A DNA stretch of 64,000 nt from an uncultured Ruminococcus sp. (GTDB lineage Bacteria > Bacillota > Clostridia > Oscillospirales > Ruminococcaceae). The translations under genes and the position numbers were made by a program. The notes under the pieces are model-generated. The model was not told the DNA's origin. It was given only the letters and a program-made list of their open reading frames with translations, and did no database searches. Location: NCBI GenBank assembly GCA_902788785.1, contig CADALT010000001.1, forward strand, positions 325,238-389,237, in the 5' to 3' direction. This document shows positions 17,539 through 27,326 of this stretch, piece by piece (position 1 is the first letter of the stretch; every line of letters begins with the position of its first letter).

Positions 17539-18870
17539 TTACAGACCTCTCTCTTTAAGTTCCTTGACTATGCCGACATAAAATTCTCTTACATCGAAAT
17601 CGTCGATATTCTCACGGAACAGGTCTATCATATCGCCGTGGGAAAGTCCACGGTTGCCTTTTTTAGTGATAAGATAGGTATTCTTACCTCGCAGAGCGCT
17701 CTCCTTTACCACAAGTCCATCGTTGCCCGTGCCGTCTTTACGGTTAAAGAAGTAGCCCACGTTCAGCGGAAAGCCTGCGGAAAAGATATTCTTCATATAC
17801 GACATGACCGACTTATAATATATCCCGGGTGCATCGGGAAGCTCGGTATCAAGCTTTGCACAGTTGGCATGAGTAAGCTCAGTAACGCCTTTTACGAAAT
17901 CGGGCTTTGTATCACCCAGCACGGTAAACAGCTTGTTATAGCGCTTTTCAACGAAATGCAGCAGTCCGTCGGGCACCTTCGCCATTATATTATCCACGAA
18001 ATTACAGCCGTAATGCGGTGTGTTTATGGTAACAAGGCTAGCCACATATTTATCCATGCCGAGCTTTGAGATAGCATAGCGTGAATCAAGTCCGCCCTTT
18101 GAATGTGCAATGATATTGACCTTTTCAGCGCCCGTTTCCTTGATGATCTCAACTATCCTGTCACGGAGTTCGGCGGCACTTATTGAGATAAGGTTAGCCG
18201 ACTGTTGATTGCCGTAGTATATCTCGGCACCGTTGCGCACCAGTTCTTTGGGAACTCTGCCCCAGTAGTTGAACTTCTGCCAGTCACGGAAGAAAATGCC
18301 ATGTACCATAAGTATAGGATAACGGGTCTTGCAGACCTCATTCTCCTTACGCATATCGTTGAGTTCGAGCTTTGCCTGTTCAAAGCGGAACTCTTTTTTG
18401 GCATCCTTGGAGATATTCTTCAGGACGATGAGATTTATTATTGGCATATACCAGGTGAAAAGCAGGATGATATACTTAATGATCTTTACCTGTCTTGAGG
18501 ATATGATGAGCCTTACTATGCCCACAAAAGCGCAGAAAGCTATGACACCGAAGCCCAGCAAAGCATTTCCCACCTGCCACCAGGGACCGAGTTTTGTTGC
18601 CAGAGCCAGCACCACGACCAGCACGGTCTGCAAAAAAACGCTTGTAACTGCGCCGTCTATCAGAAACGAGCCTTTGGCAATACGGCTGAGTTTTTTATCC
18701 TTATCGGGACTTCCGCCCGCAGTTATCAAATACACCAGAAAAACTATTGCACACAGCGCTATAATTCCGATCTTCAGCATCACAGGAAATGATGTGAGTT
18801 TACACATCGCAATGGAATTACCCAGCGCCAGCACTATCAGCTGATCAAGCAATGATCTTACCTTTCTCAT
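17539..18870 (-). CDS. Membrane-anchored alpha/beta-hydrolase (lipase/esterase family)
   Basis: 443 aa. The N-terminal ~150 aa hold multiple TM segments. The C-terminal domain has PILMVHGIFF and the nucleophile elbow AHSKGG. Confidence 0.75.
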   Translation of the reverse strand: MRKVRSLLDQLIVLALGNSIAMCKLTSFPVMLKIGIIALCAIVFLVYLITAGGSPDKDKKLSRIAKGSFLIDGAVTSVFLQTVLVVVLALATKLGPWWQVGNALLGFGVIAFCAFVGIVRLIISSRQVKIIKYIILLFTWYMPIINLIVLKNISKDAKKEFRFEQAKLELNDMRKENEVCKTRYPILMVHGIFFRDWQKFNYWGRVPKELVRNGAEIYYGNQQSANLISISAAELRDRIVEIIKETGAEKVNIIAHSKGGLDSRYAISKLGMDKYVASLVTINTPHYGCNFVDNIMAKVPDGLLHFVEKRYNKLFTVLGDTKPDFVKGVTELTHANCAKLDTELPDAPGIYYKSVMSYMKNIFSAGFPLNVGYFFNRKDGTGNDGLVVKESALRGKNTYLITKKGNRGLSHGDMIDLFRENIDDFDVREFYVGIVKELKERGL

Positions 18871-18904
18871 TTTATCGCTCCTTTTATTATCTATGTACGA
18901 TCGA

Positions 18905-19438
18905 TCACTTTATATTTTTCTGCATCCAGATCAGATCGTACCATTTGCCGAATTTTGTACCTACATTTTTAAAATGACCCGCTTTTTCAAAGCCCATGCT
19001 GCTATGGAATTTGAAACTCGCATCGGTCAGGTGTTCATCAGTTCTATCGACATATGCCGCACCTGCAAGGACATTTACTATCCCCTGAGCTTTTAATCTT
19101 TTGAACAAAGCATCATAAAGTGCGCTGCCTATACCCATTCTGCGATGATCTTTTTCGACGTAGATCGATGAAGCAACAGTAAAATCATAAGCTGCTCTGT
19201 CGCTGTACCTTCCTGCGTAGGCATAGCCTGCTACATTGCCATCCAGTTCACAAACTATATAGGGATAGCTGCGAGTTATCTTTTTGATACGCTCTCTAAA
19301 TTCATCAGCATCAGGTGCTTTATATTCAAAAGACACAGCTGTATTCTCAACATAGTGAGAATATATCTCAGCCAGTGCGTCTGCATCGTCAAGCGTTACA
19401 TCACGTATGTATAAACGATCGGGATCAATTTTTCTCAT
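18905..19438 (-). CDS. GNAT N-acetyltransferase (phosphinothricin/L-amino-acid acetyltransferase-like)
   Basis: 177 aa. IRDVTLDDADALAEIYSHYVENTAVSFE...RRMGIGSALYDAL is typical of the PAT subgroup. Confidence 0.8.
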   Translation of the reverse strand: MRKIDPDRLYIRDVTLDDADALAEIYSHYVENTAVSFEYKAPDADEFRERIKKITRSYPYIVCELDGNVAGYAYAGRYSDRAAYDFTVASSIYVEKDHRRMGIGSALYDALFKRLKAQGIVNVLAGAAYVDRTDEHLTDASFKFHSSMGFEKAGHFKNVGTKFGKWYDLIWMQKNIK

Positions 19439-19453
19439 AACAATCTCCTAAAA

Positions 19454-20449
19454 TCATAAAAGACTCAGCCTGCGTTTCTCTTGTCTAACATCGTTGCCTA
19501 TGAACATGACGGGCATGAAACAGCCTGTCAGCCTGGAAACTATTCTGTCATTATATTTCTTGTCCAGTTCCTTAGTGGTGAGATTTGTGGAGATTATGGT
19601 AGGTCTGCCTGTGTTTATGCGTTCATTCAGTATCTCATAGATGACCGAATCGGTAAACTGCTTCTGAAACTCGGACCCGAGATCATCGAGTATCACCAGT
19701 TCCGCATCACGCAGAATACTCATGGTATCTCCGTCACTGCGGTGGAAACGTTCGTCTTCTATCTGGGGAAGAAGTCTGACGAGCGAACTATAGACCACAT
19801 TATGTCCGTCCTCAATGAGTTTCTTGGCAATGCAGGACGAAAGAAAAGTCTTGCCGAGACCTGTTTTGCCAAAGAAGAACAGCGAGGGCGAATTTACGCT
19901 GAAATTCTCCGCATAGCTCTTGCAGTCATTAAATATGCCCGTCATCCTCTTACGGGGACTGATACCGTTCATCAGCTCCTCGCTGTAGACCTCGGGGACA
20001 AATTCGCTGAAATCATGAAGTTCTATCGAACAGCTGCGGTTGATATCCTCGGTGGTGTATTTTTCCAGTAGATTTTTCATACACTCGCAGCGGATACCGT
20101 CATGATAGCCCGTATCACTGCATTTTTCGCACTGATAGTGATATTGCAGATAATCCGTGGGATATCCGCAGGAATCGAGCATAACGTGCATGGCATCACG
20201 GAGCATTTTGCTTTTCTGACGGATCTCCTGGATACGCTGTCTTGCATCTTCCTTGCCTGCCTGCAAACCAATGCACTCCATAAGCTCATAATTCAGTGCC
20301 ACGGAATCATTATACATCCTGTATATCTCGGGGGCATTCCTTGCGACCTCTTCGAGATGTTCACTGCGTTCGGTCTGCGCCTTTTCACGCCTTTCTCTCA
20401 GGTCACTCTCGGCACGTTCAAAAGCACCCTTTGTGTATTTCACGTTCAC
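19454..20449 (-). CDS. DnaI/DnaC-type helicase loader ATPase
   Basis: 331 aa. Cys-rich N-terminal region (CEKCSDTGY..CEC), Walker A GKTGLGKTF, Walker B LVILDDLG. The start overlaps the upstream gene's stop. Confidence 0.8.
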   Translation of the reverse strand: MNVKYTKGAFERAESDLRERREKAQTERSEHLEEVARNAPEIYRMYNDSVALNYELMECIGLQAGKEDARQRIQEIRQKSKMLRDAMHVMLDSCGYPTDYLQYHYQCEKCSDTGYHDGIRCECMKNLLEKYTTEDINRSCSIELHDFSEFVPEVYSEELMNGISPRKRMTGIFNDCKSYAENFSVNSPSLFFFGKTGLGKTFLSSCIAKKLIEDGHNVVYSSLVRLLPQIEDERFHRSDGDTMSILRDAELVILDDLGSEFQKQFTDSVIYEILNERINTGRPTIISTNLTTKELDKKYNDRIVSRLTGCFMPVMFIGNDVRQEKRRLSLL

Positions 20450-21453
20450 TCACCCCTTCCGCTGCTGCGCACCTGATCTCCGAAACCGTAGTTAAGTGCA
20501 AAATTCTCAAATTCATCAAGATCGTAAGATGCGCCCGAAAGCTCGGCTGATGCGGCACGCTTGCTCTTGAACTGCTCATCATTCTCAGCCACCTGCTCGG
20601 AGGTGGTTATACCGCCGTTTGCCCAGTTTTTCAGTATACCGTCTATGTAGCTGAAACTGAGCTTGGTCTTGATATCCATACATTTATTATAGGCTATCTC
20701 GATAAGCTCGGTATTATATCCCAGCTTGCTCCATTCACGGATATATTCACGCTGTTTTTTGGAGGGCTTGTTCTCCATACCGAAGATACGCATTATCTTA
20801 TTCTCGAAACTTTTTACCTCAGCCGCCTTTATCATAGCCTCTTCAACATCGGCATAGGTATTTATGCCCTCTTTATACCAATTGACCATGATGGTATACA
20901 GATATGCCACGCTGCATTTGCCTGCTGAACGGCAATAGTCCGCCGCAAGCAGTATCGAAGGTGCATCAAATTTATAATACTCGTAAAGCTCGATGATCTT
21001 TGCAAATTCAGTGCCGTTTATGGAAAATTGCAGGGACTGTATCTCATTTATAAGATTTTTTAGTGTAGCATCTTTCTCGGCTTTTTCGCTCATCTCACGC
21101 TGGGAGTAGCGGACGGTCACTTTCTTCTCGACTGCTGCAGCTTGGGTCGGCTTAACAGACTCCACCAGAGAAACAGGTTCGTTCTTACCCGAAAAACGGT
21201 GAACATCTTCACGGACGCCTTCAGCACAAAGGACTCCCCTTTCAAGCCAATAATTTACTGCTGCCATAGCATCAGCCTCGCTGCAGCCTGCGGCATCTGC
21301 CAGCACAGCGGAAGTGGTATACCTTGCGCCTGCAAGGGCACAAATTAGCACTTTAAGCTGTATCTCGCTGCACTCCTTAATAAACGGTGCTGCCGCAGCC
21401 CACGGGAAGCTGAATGCTGCGCCCCAGCTGTCGGACACGAATTTATATTCCAT
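20446..21453 (-). CDS. DnaD-domain replication initiation / membrane attachment protein (DnaB/DnaD-like)
   Basis: DnaD-like repeat region (YEYYKFDAPSILLAADYC...; REYIREWSKLGYNTELIEIAYNKC...SFSYIDGILKNW). The start is set at ATG 21453 (gaggagagatctgATG). Confidence 0.7.
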   Translation of the reverse strand: MEYKFVSDSWGAAFSFPWAAAAPFIKECSEIQLKVLICALAGARYTTSAVLADAAGCSEADAMAAVNYWLERGVLCAEGVREDVHRFSGKNEPVSLVESVKPTQAAAVEKKVTVRYSQREMSEKAEKDATLKNLINEIQSLQFSINGTEFAKIIELYEYYKFDAPSILLAADYCRSAGKCSVAYLYTIMVNWYKEGINTYADVEEAMIKAAEVKSFENKIMRIFGMENKPSKKQREYIREWSKLGYNTELIEIAYNKCMDIKTKLSFSYIDGILKNWANGGITTSEQVAENDEQFKSKRAASAELSGASYDLDEFENFALNYGFGDQVRSSGRGE

Positions 21454-21563
21454 CAGATCTCTCCTCAAAATAATCGATATATATTTATTATAACACATTT
21501 GCCTGCAAAAGTAAAGACGCAGTTTTCGGGTTATCTACATATCGGTAAAAGCTGAAAAAGAGT

Positions 21564-21595
21564 ATAAATAAAGCCACCCGTTAAACAGGTGGCTT
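21564..21595 (-). terminator. Rho-independent terminator after spoVM
   Basis: Stem aagccacc / ggtggctt, followed by UUAUUUAU on the minus strand. Confidence 0.7.
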
Positions 21596-21599
21596 CGAT

Positions 21600-21680
21600 T
21601 CAATCCTCTCTTTTTATCCCGAATATCATTCTAAGCAGCCCCGAAAGCGCTCTGGGACTTTTTACAACAACTACTTTCAT
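21600..21680 (-). CDS. spoVM: Stage V sporulation protein M (26-aa micro-protein)
   Basis: Absent from the ORF track because it is under 60 aa. The minus strand encodes MKVVVVKSPRALSGLLRMIFGIKRED with GGGAGG 8 nt upstream. It resembles B. subtilis SpoVM (MKFYTIKLPKFLGGIVRAMLGSFRKD) in length and amphipathic pattern. Confidence 0.75.
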   Translation of the reverse strand: MKVVVVKSPRALSGLLRMIFGIKRED

Positions 21681-21736
21681 AAGTAAGACCTCCCTTTGCT
21701 AGTGCTACATTATAATATTCACGGGAAAAGATTTGG

Positions 21737-22363
21737 TTACAGTTTTGACCTTACTGCCAGCAGTATGCCGTCACTGAAGCTTACTTTTGCACAGGGAGAA
21801 TTTATCTCGTTGGAGACTCCCAGGGTCGATGCATTTTTCAGAGTGACGTTATCTGCGGTGTACTTGGTACCGCTGATGCAAAGGTCTGTGACTTTTTCGG
21901 AATGGGCAAAAAACGAAAGCGAAAAGCCTTCCTCATAGGGGAAAGTGTACTCTCCTGCCCGATGCAGCGAGACACGCTCGGTATCGCCTATTATAATGCC
22001 CTGTGCGCCATTTTCAAGCAGCAGTGCAAGGCAGCGGATATTGCCGACCATATGGTCGAGCCTTCCTCCGCAGGCTCCGAATATGTAAAAATCTTTGTGA
22101 CCTCTTGCCAGACCCTCGTTAACAGCCAGCATGAGGTCTGTATCGTCTTTTTCCACGGGATAGCTAAGCACGCTGTCGCCCTGCGGACGGTATCCCAGGG
22201 AATCAAAATCTCCCAATATCAGGTCAGCTTCAATGCCCAGCGACTTTGCCAGTGCGACACCTTTATCTGCTGCGATAACATAAGCATTATCCGGTCTGAA
22301 TTTATGAAAAGTCTCGCTTGATACAGGGTCGCCGCCTGCAAAAATAATACAATGCTCAGTCAT
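21737..22363 (-). CDS. thiN: Thiamine diphosphokinase
   Basis: MTEHCIIFAGGD...VIAADKG...LILGDFDS...EKDDTD...GGRLDH. The start at ATG 22363 overlaps the rsgA stop. Confidence 0.85.
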   Translation of the reverse strand: MTEHCIIFAGGDPVSSETFHKFRPDNAYVIAADKGVALAKSLGIEADLILGDFDSLGYRPQGDSVLSYPVEKDDTDLMLAVNEGLARGHKDFYIFGACGGRLDHMVGNIRCLALLLENGAQGIIIGDTERVSLHRAGEYTFPYEEGFSLSFFAHSEKVTDLCISGTKYTADNVTLKNASTLGVSNEINSPCAKVSFSDGILLAVRSKL

Positions 22364-23240
22364 TTTTATACTCCCATTCTTTAAGCTGTTTTGCTTCCTC
22401 ATACATCTGAACATAGCTGTCGAAGCGAGACTGAGGTATTATGCCATCTTTCACGGCTTCGATGACAGCACAGCCTTTCTCCTTGGTATGGCTGCAATCG
22501 GGGAAGCGGCAATCGCCTGTGAATTGTGCAAATTCAGTGAAACAGTCAGCCAGTTCGTCCTTGAAAATTATGTCGTACCTGTTAGTCTCAAAGGACGAAA
22601 ATCCCGGGGTATCAGCGATATATCCGCCGCCTTCGAGCTTATAGAGCTGCACATGACGGGTAGTATGCCTGCCTCTGCCGAGCTTTCGGCTTATCTCGCC
22701 TGTGGCAAGCTCAAGTTCGGGGTACATATTATTGAGCAGCGAAGATTTTCCAACGCCTGTATTACCTGTGAATGCTGAGAGCTTACCTTGCAGAAGTTCT
22801 TTGACCTCTGCACTGCCCTCGCCTGTGGTGTTATCACATTCAAACACATCTATGCCGACCTTGCGGTAGATGTCTGCCAGCTCATCACCCGGCTGCTTAT
22901 CGACCTTAGTGAACACCACAACGGGCTTGATCTTCTTATAGACTGCGATGGCTATGAATTTATCCAGCAGCAGAGTGTTCGGTCGGGGCTCAACTGTCGA
23001 GGACACGAACACCAGCAGATCGAGATTTGCCAGCGGCGGACGTATCAGCTGGGAACGTCTCGGTAGGATCTCCTCGATGACACAGCTGCCGTCACTATCC
23101 TGCGAGATGACAACATCATCACCGCACATTGGGGCTATCTTACGCTTACGGAAGATACCTCTTGCTTTACATTCAAATATGCCTTCGGAGGCTTCTACAG
23201 TGTAGAGGCCTCCGATAGCTTTAATTATTATACCGTTCAT
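22356..23240 (-). CDS. rsgA: Ribosome small-subunit-dependent GTPase A
   Basis: 294 aa with GNTGVGKSSLLN and the zinc motif CRFPDCSHTKEKGCAV. Confidence 0.95.
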   Translation of the reverse strand: MNGIIIKAIGGLYTVEASEGIFECKARGIFRKRKIAPMCGDDVVISQDSDGSCVIEEILPRRSQLIRPPLANLDLLVFVSSTVEPRPNTLLLDKFIAIAVYKKIKPVVVFTKVDKQPGDELADIYRKVGIDVFECDNTTGEGSAEVKELLQGKLSAFTGNTGVGKSSLLNNMYPELELATGEISRKLGRGRHTTRHVQLYKLEGGGYIADTPGFSSFETNRYDIIFKDELADCFTEFAQFTGDCRFPDCSHTKEKGCAVIEAVKDGIIPQSRFDSYVQMYEEAKQLKEWEYKND

Positions 23241-23248
23241 GCTGTTAC

Positions 23249-25489
23249 TTATGCAGGAGCCTGAGTATCAGTTGGTGCCTGAGTATCAGTAGGTGCATCT
23301 GTCTGAGGTGCATCTGTCTGAGGAGGCTCTGTAGGCTGCTCGGTAGTTGTTGTAGCTTCGGTCGTGGTAGTTGTCTCAGTCTCGGAAGAATCATCCTTCT
23401 TAGGAGTGATAGCTATCAGACCGTCCTTATTCAGCGAGCCGCTGAGTTCAGCTGTCTGCTTATCGTAATCGACATTGAATACTGCATAGTTTACAGACTT
23501 GCCTGTTTCATCATTTCTGATGGAAACTGTAAGTGTCTGCTTCTTCTTACCCTCGATATCCAGAGCGATACTGCCGCCCGCAACCGTTTCACCGCTTGCT
23601 ATGGTCTGTGTCCACTTAACATTACCGTTCTCATAGATCTGGATCGAGTACGAACCGTGGAGACCCTCGGGCATAGGAACGCTTACAGTGAGCTTGGTAG
23701 GATCTGTCTCACCTGTGGAAACGTAGATGGTGACCTCTGTATCCTTTTCAACTCTCATATCGGGATCGTGGCTCTGGTCGATGACCTTGCCCTTATCGCC
23801 ATCGTGAGGCAGATCCTCAACGACAGGAACAAGCTTGTTATCCTTCAGGATGGTAATAGCCTTCTCCTTTGTCAGACCTACAACATTAGGTACCTTGACC
23901 TGAGTATCCAGAGGACCCTTGCTGACATACAGTGTAACTGCGCCGTCGATAGCAAACTCAGTACCTGCCGCAGGCTCGGTGCCTATTGCGATACCCTCGG
24001 GGATATTATCATCATACTTGCTTCGCATAACGACTGTGAACTTAGCAGCTCGCAGCTCGCTCTCTGCGACCTCTGACTCGGAGCCCGAAACATCGGGGAT
24101 AACAGCCATCTGCTTACCCTTACTTACTTTCAGAGTAAGTGTGTAGCCTTCCTTAACGGACTTTCCGGGTGACTGGCTCTGCCAGAAGATAACGCCCTCT
24201 TCGTACTCGATATTGTACTCATTCACTTCCTCAAACTTCAGCTTATCGCCCCAGTCGGACTTGACCTGAGTGATATTTTTGCCAACGAAGTTCGGCAGAG
24301 TGATGGTGTTTGTATGCATACCGATAGTACCGTCTTCAGGCTGTATAGCCTTGATAACGGTCCAGCCGATGATGAATGCTGCAACGATAACGACAGCCAC
24401 TGTAACAGCCAGCAGTATGGGGACCACGTAGGAACGCTTCTTTACCTCGTAATCCTCATCGTCCTCGTCATCTTCGTCTTCATCGTCGTAATCATCATCA
24501 TAATCGTCATCGTAATCATCCTCGTACTCGTCTTCATAATCATCTATGAGAGACTTTCTGGGAGCGACATCGTTATTATTGTTATTGAGCGGATAGAAGC
24601 CTGTATTCTCGGCGATCGGTGCTGAACCGTCCTTATAGCCGAAAACAACGGACTGATTGAGTTTGAATGTATCTATATCCCTTATCATCTCGGCAGCCGA
24701 CTGATAACGCTGTGCGGGCTGCTTTTCCATAGCGTGGATAACTATTTCTTCGAGAGCCTCGGGGATGGATGGCATGATCTCTCTCGGAGGGATCGCATTC
24801 TCCTGCATATGCTTGAGAGCAACGTTCACGGCATTATCGCCGTCGAAGGGCTTTCTGCCTGTGAGCATCTCATAGAGCATTATACCGACAGAGTAGATAT
24901 CCGAACGCTCGTCGGTCATCTCGCCCTGTGCCTGCTCGGGAGAAATATAGTGAACAGATCCGATAGTCTTATCGGAAAGTGTCTTGCCGTCGATCCTTGA
25001 AAATCTTGCGATACCGAAGTCCATGACCTTTATGGTACCGTCTGTAAAGAGCATTATGTTCTGGGGCTTGATATCCCTGTGAACAATGCCCTTGTCATGT
25101 GCGTGCTGCAGCGCCCTGAGTATCTGGGTTATGAAGTGCAGCGCATCCTTCCATTTGAGCACGCCCTGCTGCTCGATAAACTCCTTGAGGGTAATACCGT
25201 CGATATACTCCATGACGATGAACTGTATCTCATCAGTGAAACCCACATCAAATATCTTTACGATATTAGGGTGAGAAAGCACTGCTATAGCCTTACTCTC
25301 ATTCCTGAACCTTCTCAGGAACTCCTCATCCCGTGAAAACTCGGGCTTGAGGATCTTCACTGCCACAGGACGGTTCTCCATAACATCCTGTGCCTTATAG
25401 ACATCAGCCATTCCGCCGACTCCTATAAGCTCGGTAATTTCATATCTGCCATCCAGCTTCTTACCGATGTTAGAATCCATTACATTCAA
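23249..25489 (-). CDS. prkC: Ser/Thr protein kinase with PASTA repeats (PrkC/Stk1-like)
   Basis: 746 aa. Hanks kinase motifs (GVGGMADVYKA, HRDIKPQN, DFGIA), a TM segment and three PASTA-like repeats. An unusual D/E/Y tract and a C-terminal T/P/Q repeat tail are also present. Confidence 0.9.
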   Translation of the reverse strand: MNVMDSNIGKKLDGRYEITELIGVGGMADVYKAQDVMENRPVAVKILKPEFSRDEEFLRRFRNESKAIAVLSHPNIVKIFDVGFTDEIQFIVMEYIDGITLKEFIEQQGVLKWKDALHFITQILRALQHAHDKGIVHRDIKPQNIMLFTDGTIKVMDFGIARFSRIDGKTLSDKTIGSVHYISPEQAQGEMTDERSDIYSVGIMLYEMLTGRKPFDGDNAVNVALKHMQENAIPPREIMPSIPEALEEIVIHAMEKQPAQRYQSAAEMIRDIDTFKLNQSVVFGYKDGSAPIAENTGFYPLNNNNNDVAPRKSLIDDYEDEYEDDYDDDYDDDYDDEDEDDEDDEDYEVKKRSYVVPILLAVTVAVVIVAAFIIGWTVIKAIQPEDGTIGMHTNTITLPNFVGKNITQVKSDWGDKLKFEEVNEYNIEYEEGVIFWQSQSPGKSVKEGYTLTLKVSKGKQMAVIPDVSGSESEVAESELRAAKFTVVMRSKYDDNIPEGIAIGTEPAAGTEFAIDGAVTLYVSKGPLDTQVKVPNVVGLTKEKAITILKDNKLVPVVEDLPHDGDKGKVIDQSHDPDMRVEKDTEVTIYVSTGETDPTKLTVSVPMPEGLHGSYSIQIYENGNVKWTQTIASGETVAGGSIALDIEGKKKQTLTVSIRNDETGKSVNYAVFNVDYDKQTAELSGSLNKDGLIAITPKKDDSSETETTTTTEATTTTEQPTEPPQTDAPQTDAPTDTQAPTDTQAPA

Positions 25490-25519
25490 CTCCTATTTCT
25501 TTTTATAATATTCTTTTAT

Positions 25520-26266
25520 TCAGTTTGCTACGATAGCCACGGTTATATTATCTTTTCCGCCGCTTTCATTGGAATGGTCGATGAGTTTTCTTACTGCCTC
25601 ATCGAGATTGTTCCCGAATACTGTACAGTATATAAACTCCTCGCTGCAATATCCCGACAGACCGTCCGAACACAGCACCAATGCAAAGTTGCCAGTATCG
25701 TAGCATTCAAACTCAAAGTAATCGACATCGACATCAGGTTCAACGCCGACCGCCTTGGTGATAACATTCCTGTAAGGGTGATTTTTCGCTTCTTCATCAG
25801 TGATCTGACCCTGTTGACGAAGCGCTTCGACATAGGTATGGTCGGTGGTGATCTGCTTTATGCCGTCACCTGTGAGCAGATATCCTCTGCTGTCGCCCAC
25901 ATTTACCACGTAAATACTCTTGTTGCGCACAAGTGCAGCCACGCAGGTAGTGCCCATACCGTTTTTATCCATATCCTCTATACTCGTTTCATACACTGCA
26001 TTATTTGCACGGTGTACAGCAATAAGCAAAAGATTTCTGATGGAATTCTCATTCATGTCGGGTCTGTAATTTTCCGTTACGCTTTTTAAAAATTCATCCA
26101 TAGCAAGCTGACTTGCCTCGCCGCCCGAAGCAGCTCCGCCCATTCCATCGCATACTATCGCTATACAGGTATTGTCGCCTTCGAGCTCCTTGATCATCAC
26201 CCTGTCCTGATTTTCTTCTCTTTTTTGACCGATATCAGAACCTGATGCAGAAAACATACAGCTCAC
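25520..26266 (-). CDS. stp: PP2C-family Ser/Thr phosphatase (Stp/PrpC)
   Basis: GQKREENQDR...VCDGMGG...SDG...GGKDNITV. The start is ambiguous between GTG 26266 and ATG 26257. Confidence 0.9.
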   Translation of the reverse strand: MSCMFSASGSDIGQKREENQDRVMIKELEGDNTCIAIVCDGMGGAASGGEASQLAMDEFLKSVTENYRPDMNENSIRNLLLIAVHRANNAVYETSIEDMDKNGMGTTCVAALVRNKSIYVVNVGDSRGYLLTGDGIKQITTDHTYVEALRQQGQITDEEAKNHPYRNVITKAVGVEPDVDVDYFEFECYDTGNFALVLCSDGLSGYCSEEFIYCTVFGNNLDEAVRKLIDHSNESGGKDNITVAIVAN

Positions 26267-26275
26267 CGCCTTTCC

Positions 26276-27322
26276 TTAGATCTCATATTCCCGTCGCAGC
26301 TGTCCGCAGGCAGCATCTATATCTGAGCCGAGGGTACGTCTGACAGTAGCATTGAGTCCCAGGGCTTCAAGCCGTTTGCGGAACCTTTCAGCCGCTTTTC
26401 TGTCAGAACGGTAATCTCGTTCCTTTATCTTATTCACGGGAATTATATTCACATGACACACAAAACCGCCAAGCAGCTTTGCAAGTTCCTGCGCATCTGC
26501 CCGGGAATCGTTATGTCCGTCAATAAGTGCATATTCAAACGAAATCCTCCTGCCCGTTACCTTAAAATAGTATCGGCACGCTTCAAGAAGTTCGTTTATA
26601 TCATACCTGTCGTTGACAGGCATTATCTCGCTCCTCGCCTTATTATTTGATGAATGGAGCGATATAGACAACGTAAGCCCCAGCTTCAGTTCAGCCAGGT
26701 CATATATCCTCGGCACCAGACCGCAGGTCGAAAGAGAAACGTGTCTCAGCGACATATTCATCCCCTTCGGGTGTGATACCAGACCAAGGAAATTTACCAC
26801 ATTGTCGTAATTATCCAGCGGCTCACCGATGCCCATGAGGACAGCGCCCGTTATCTTACGTCCGCTGTCTCTGGCGGCAGTATAGATCTGCTGGAGTATC
26901 TCGGAGGAAGCCAGGTCACGCTTATAACCTGCGATAGTTGAGGCACAGAATCTGCACCCCATCTTACAGCCCACCTGAGTAGATACACACACGGTATTTC
27001 CGTAATTATACTCCATTATGACAGTCTCGATATGGTTGCCGTCAGAAAGCCTATAAAGATATTTTACAGTATTATCGGTACTAGATTCAAGTCTTTTCAC
27101 GATAAATAGTGATTTTAAACAAAATATTTCTTTTAGCTTATCACGCAATTGTATAGATAGATTAGTCATTTCATCGAAACTACCCACACGCTTAACATGA
27201 AGCCATTCAAATATCTGTCCGGCACGGAATTTCTTCTCGCCCATCAGGAGGATCTGCTCTTCAAGTTCCTCGGGAAGAAGCCCCAGGATGTCTATAAGAC
27301 CGTTTTCGTCATAAGTCAGCAT
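26276..27322 (-). CDS. rlmN: 23S rRNA/tRNA (adenine-C2)-methyltransferase RlmN (radical SAM)
   Basis: 348 aa with CVSTQVGCKMGCRFCAST and the C-terminal CGQL. Confidence 0.95.
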   Translation of the reverse strand: MLTYDENGLIDILGLLPEELEEQILLMGEKKFRAGQIFEWLHVKRVGSFDEMTNLSIQLRDKLKEIFCLKSLFIVKRLESSTDNTVKYLYRLSDGNHIETVIMEYNYGNTVCVSTQVGCKMGCRFCASTIAGYKRDLASSEILQQIYTAARDSGRKITGAVLMGIGEPLDNYDNVVNFLGLVSHPKGMNMSLRHVSLSTCGLVPRIYDLAELKLGLTLSISLHSSNNKARSEIMPVNDRYDINELLEACRYYFKVTGRRISFEYALIDGHNDSRADAQELAKLLGGFVCHVNIIPVNKIKERDYRSDRKAAERFRKRLEALGLNATVRRTLGSDIDAACGQLRREYEI

Positions 27323-27326
27323 CCTG

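Noticed and set aside
19454-21453. The DnaD-like + DnaC/DnaI-like pair as a prophage or plasmid replication module
   Set aside because: No integrase, repressor, structural or other mobile-element genes are nearby, and the flanks are housekeeping (GNAT, spoVM, thiN-rsgA-prkC). This fits the chromosomal helicase-loader pair of Firmicutes.
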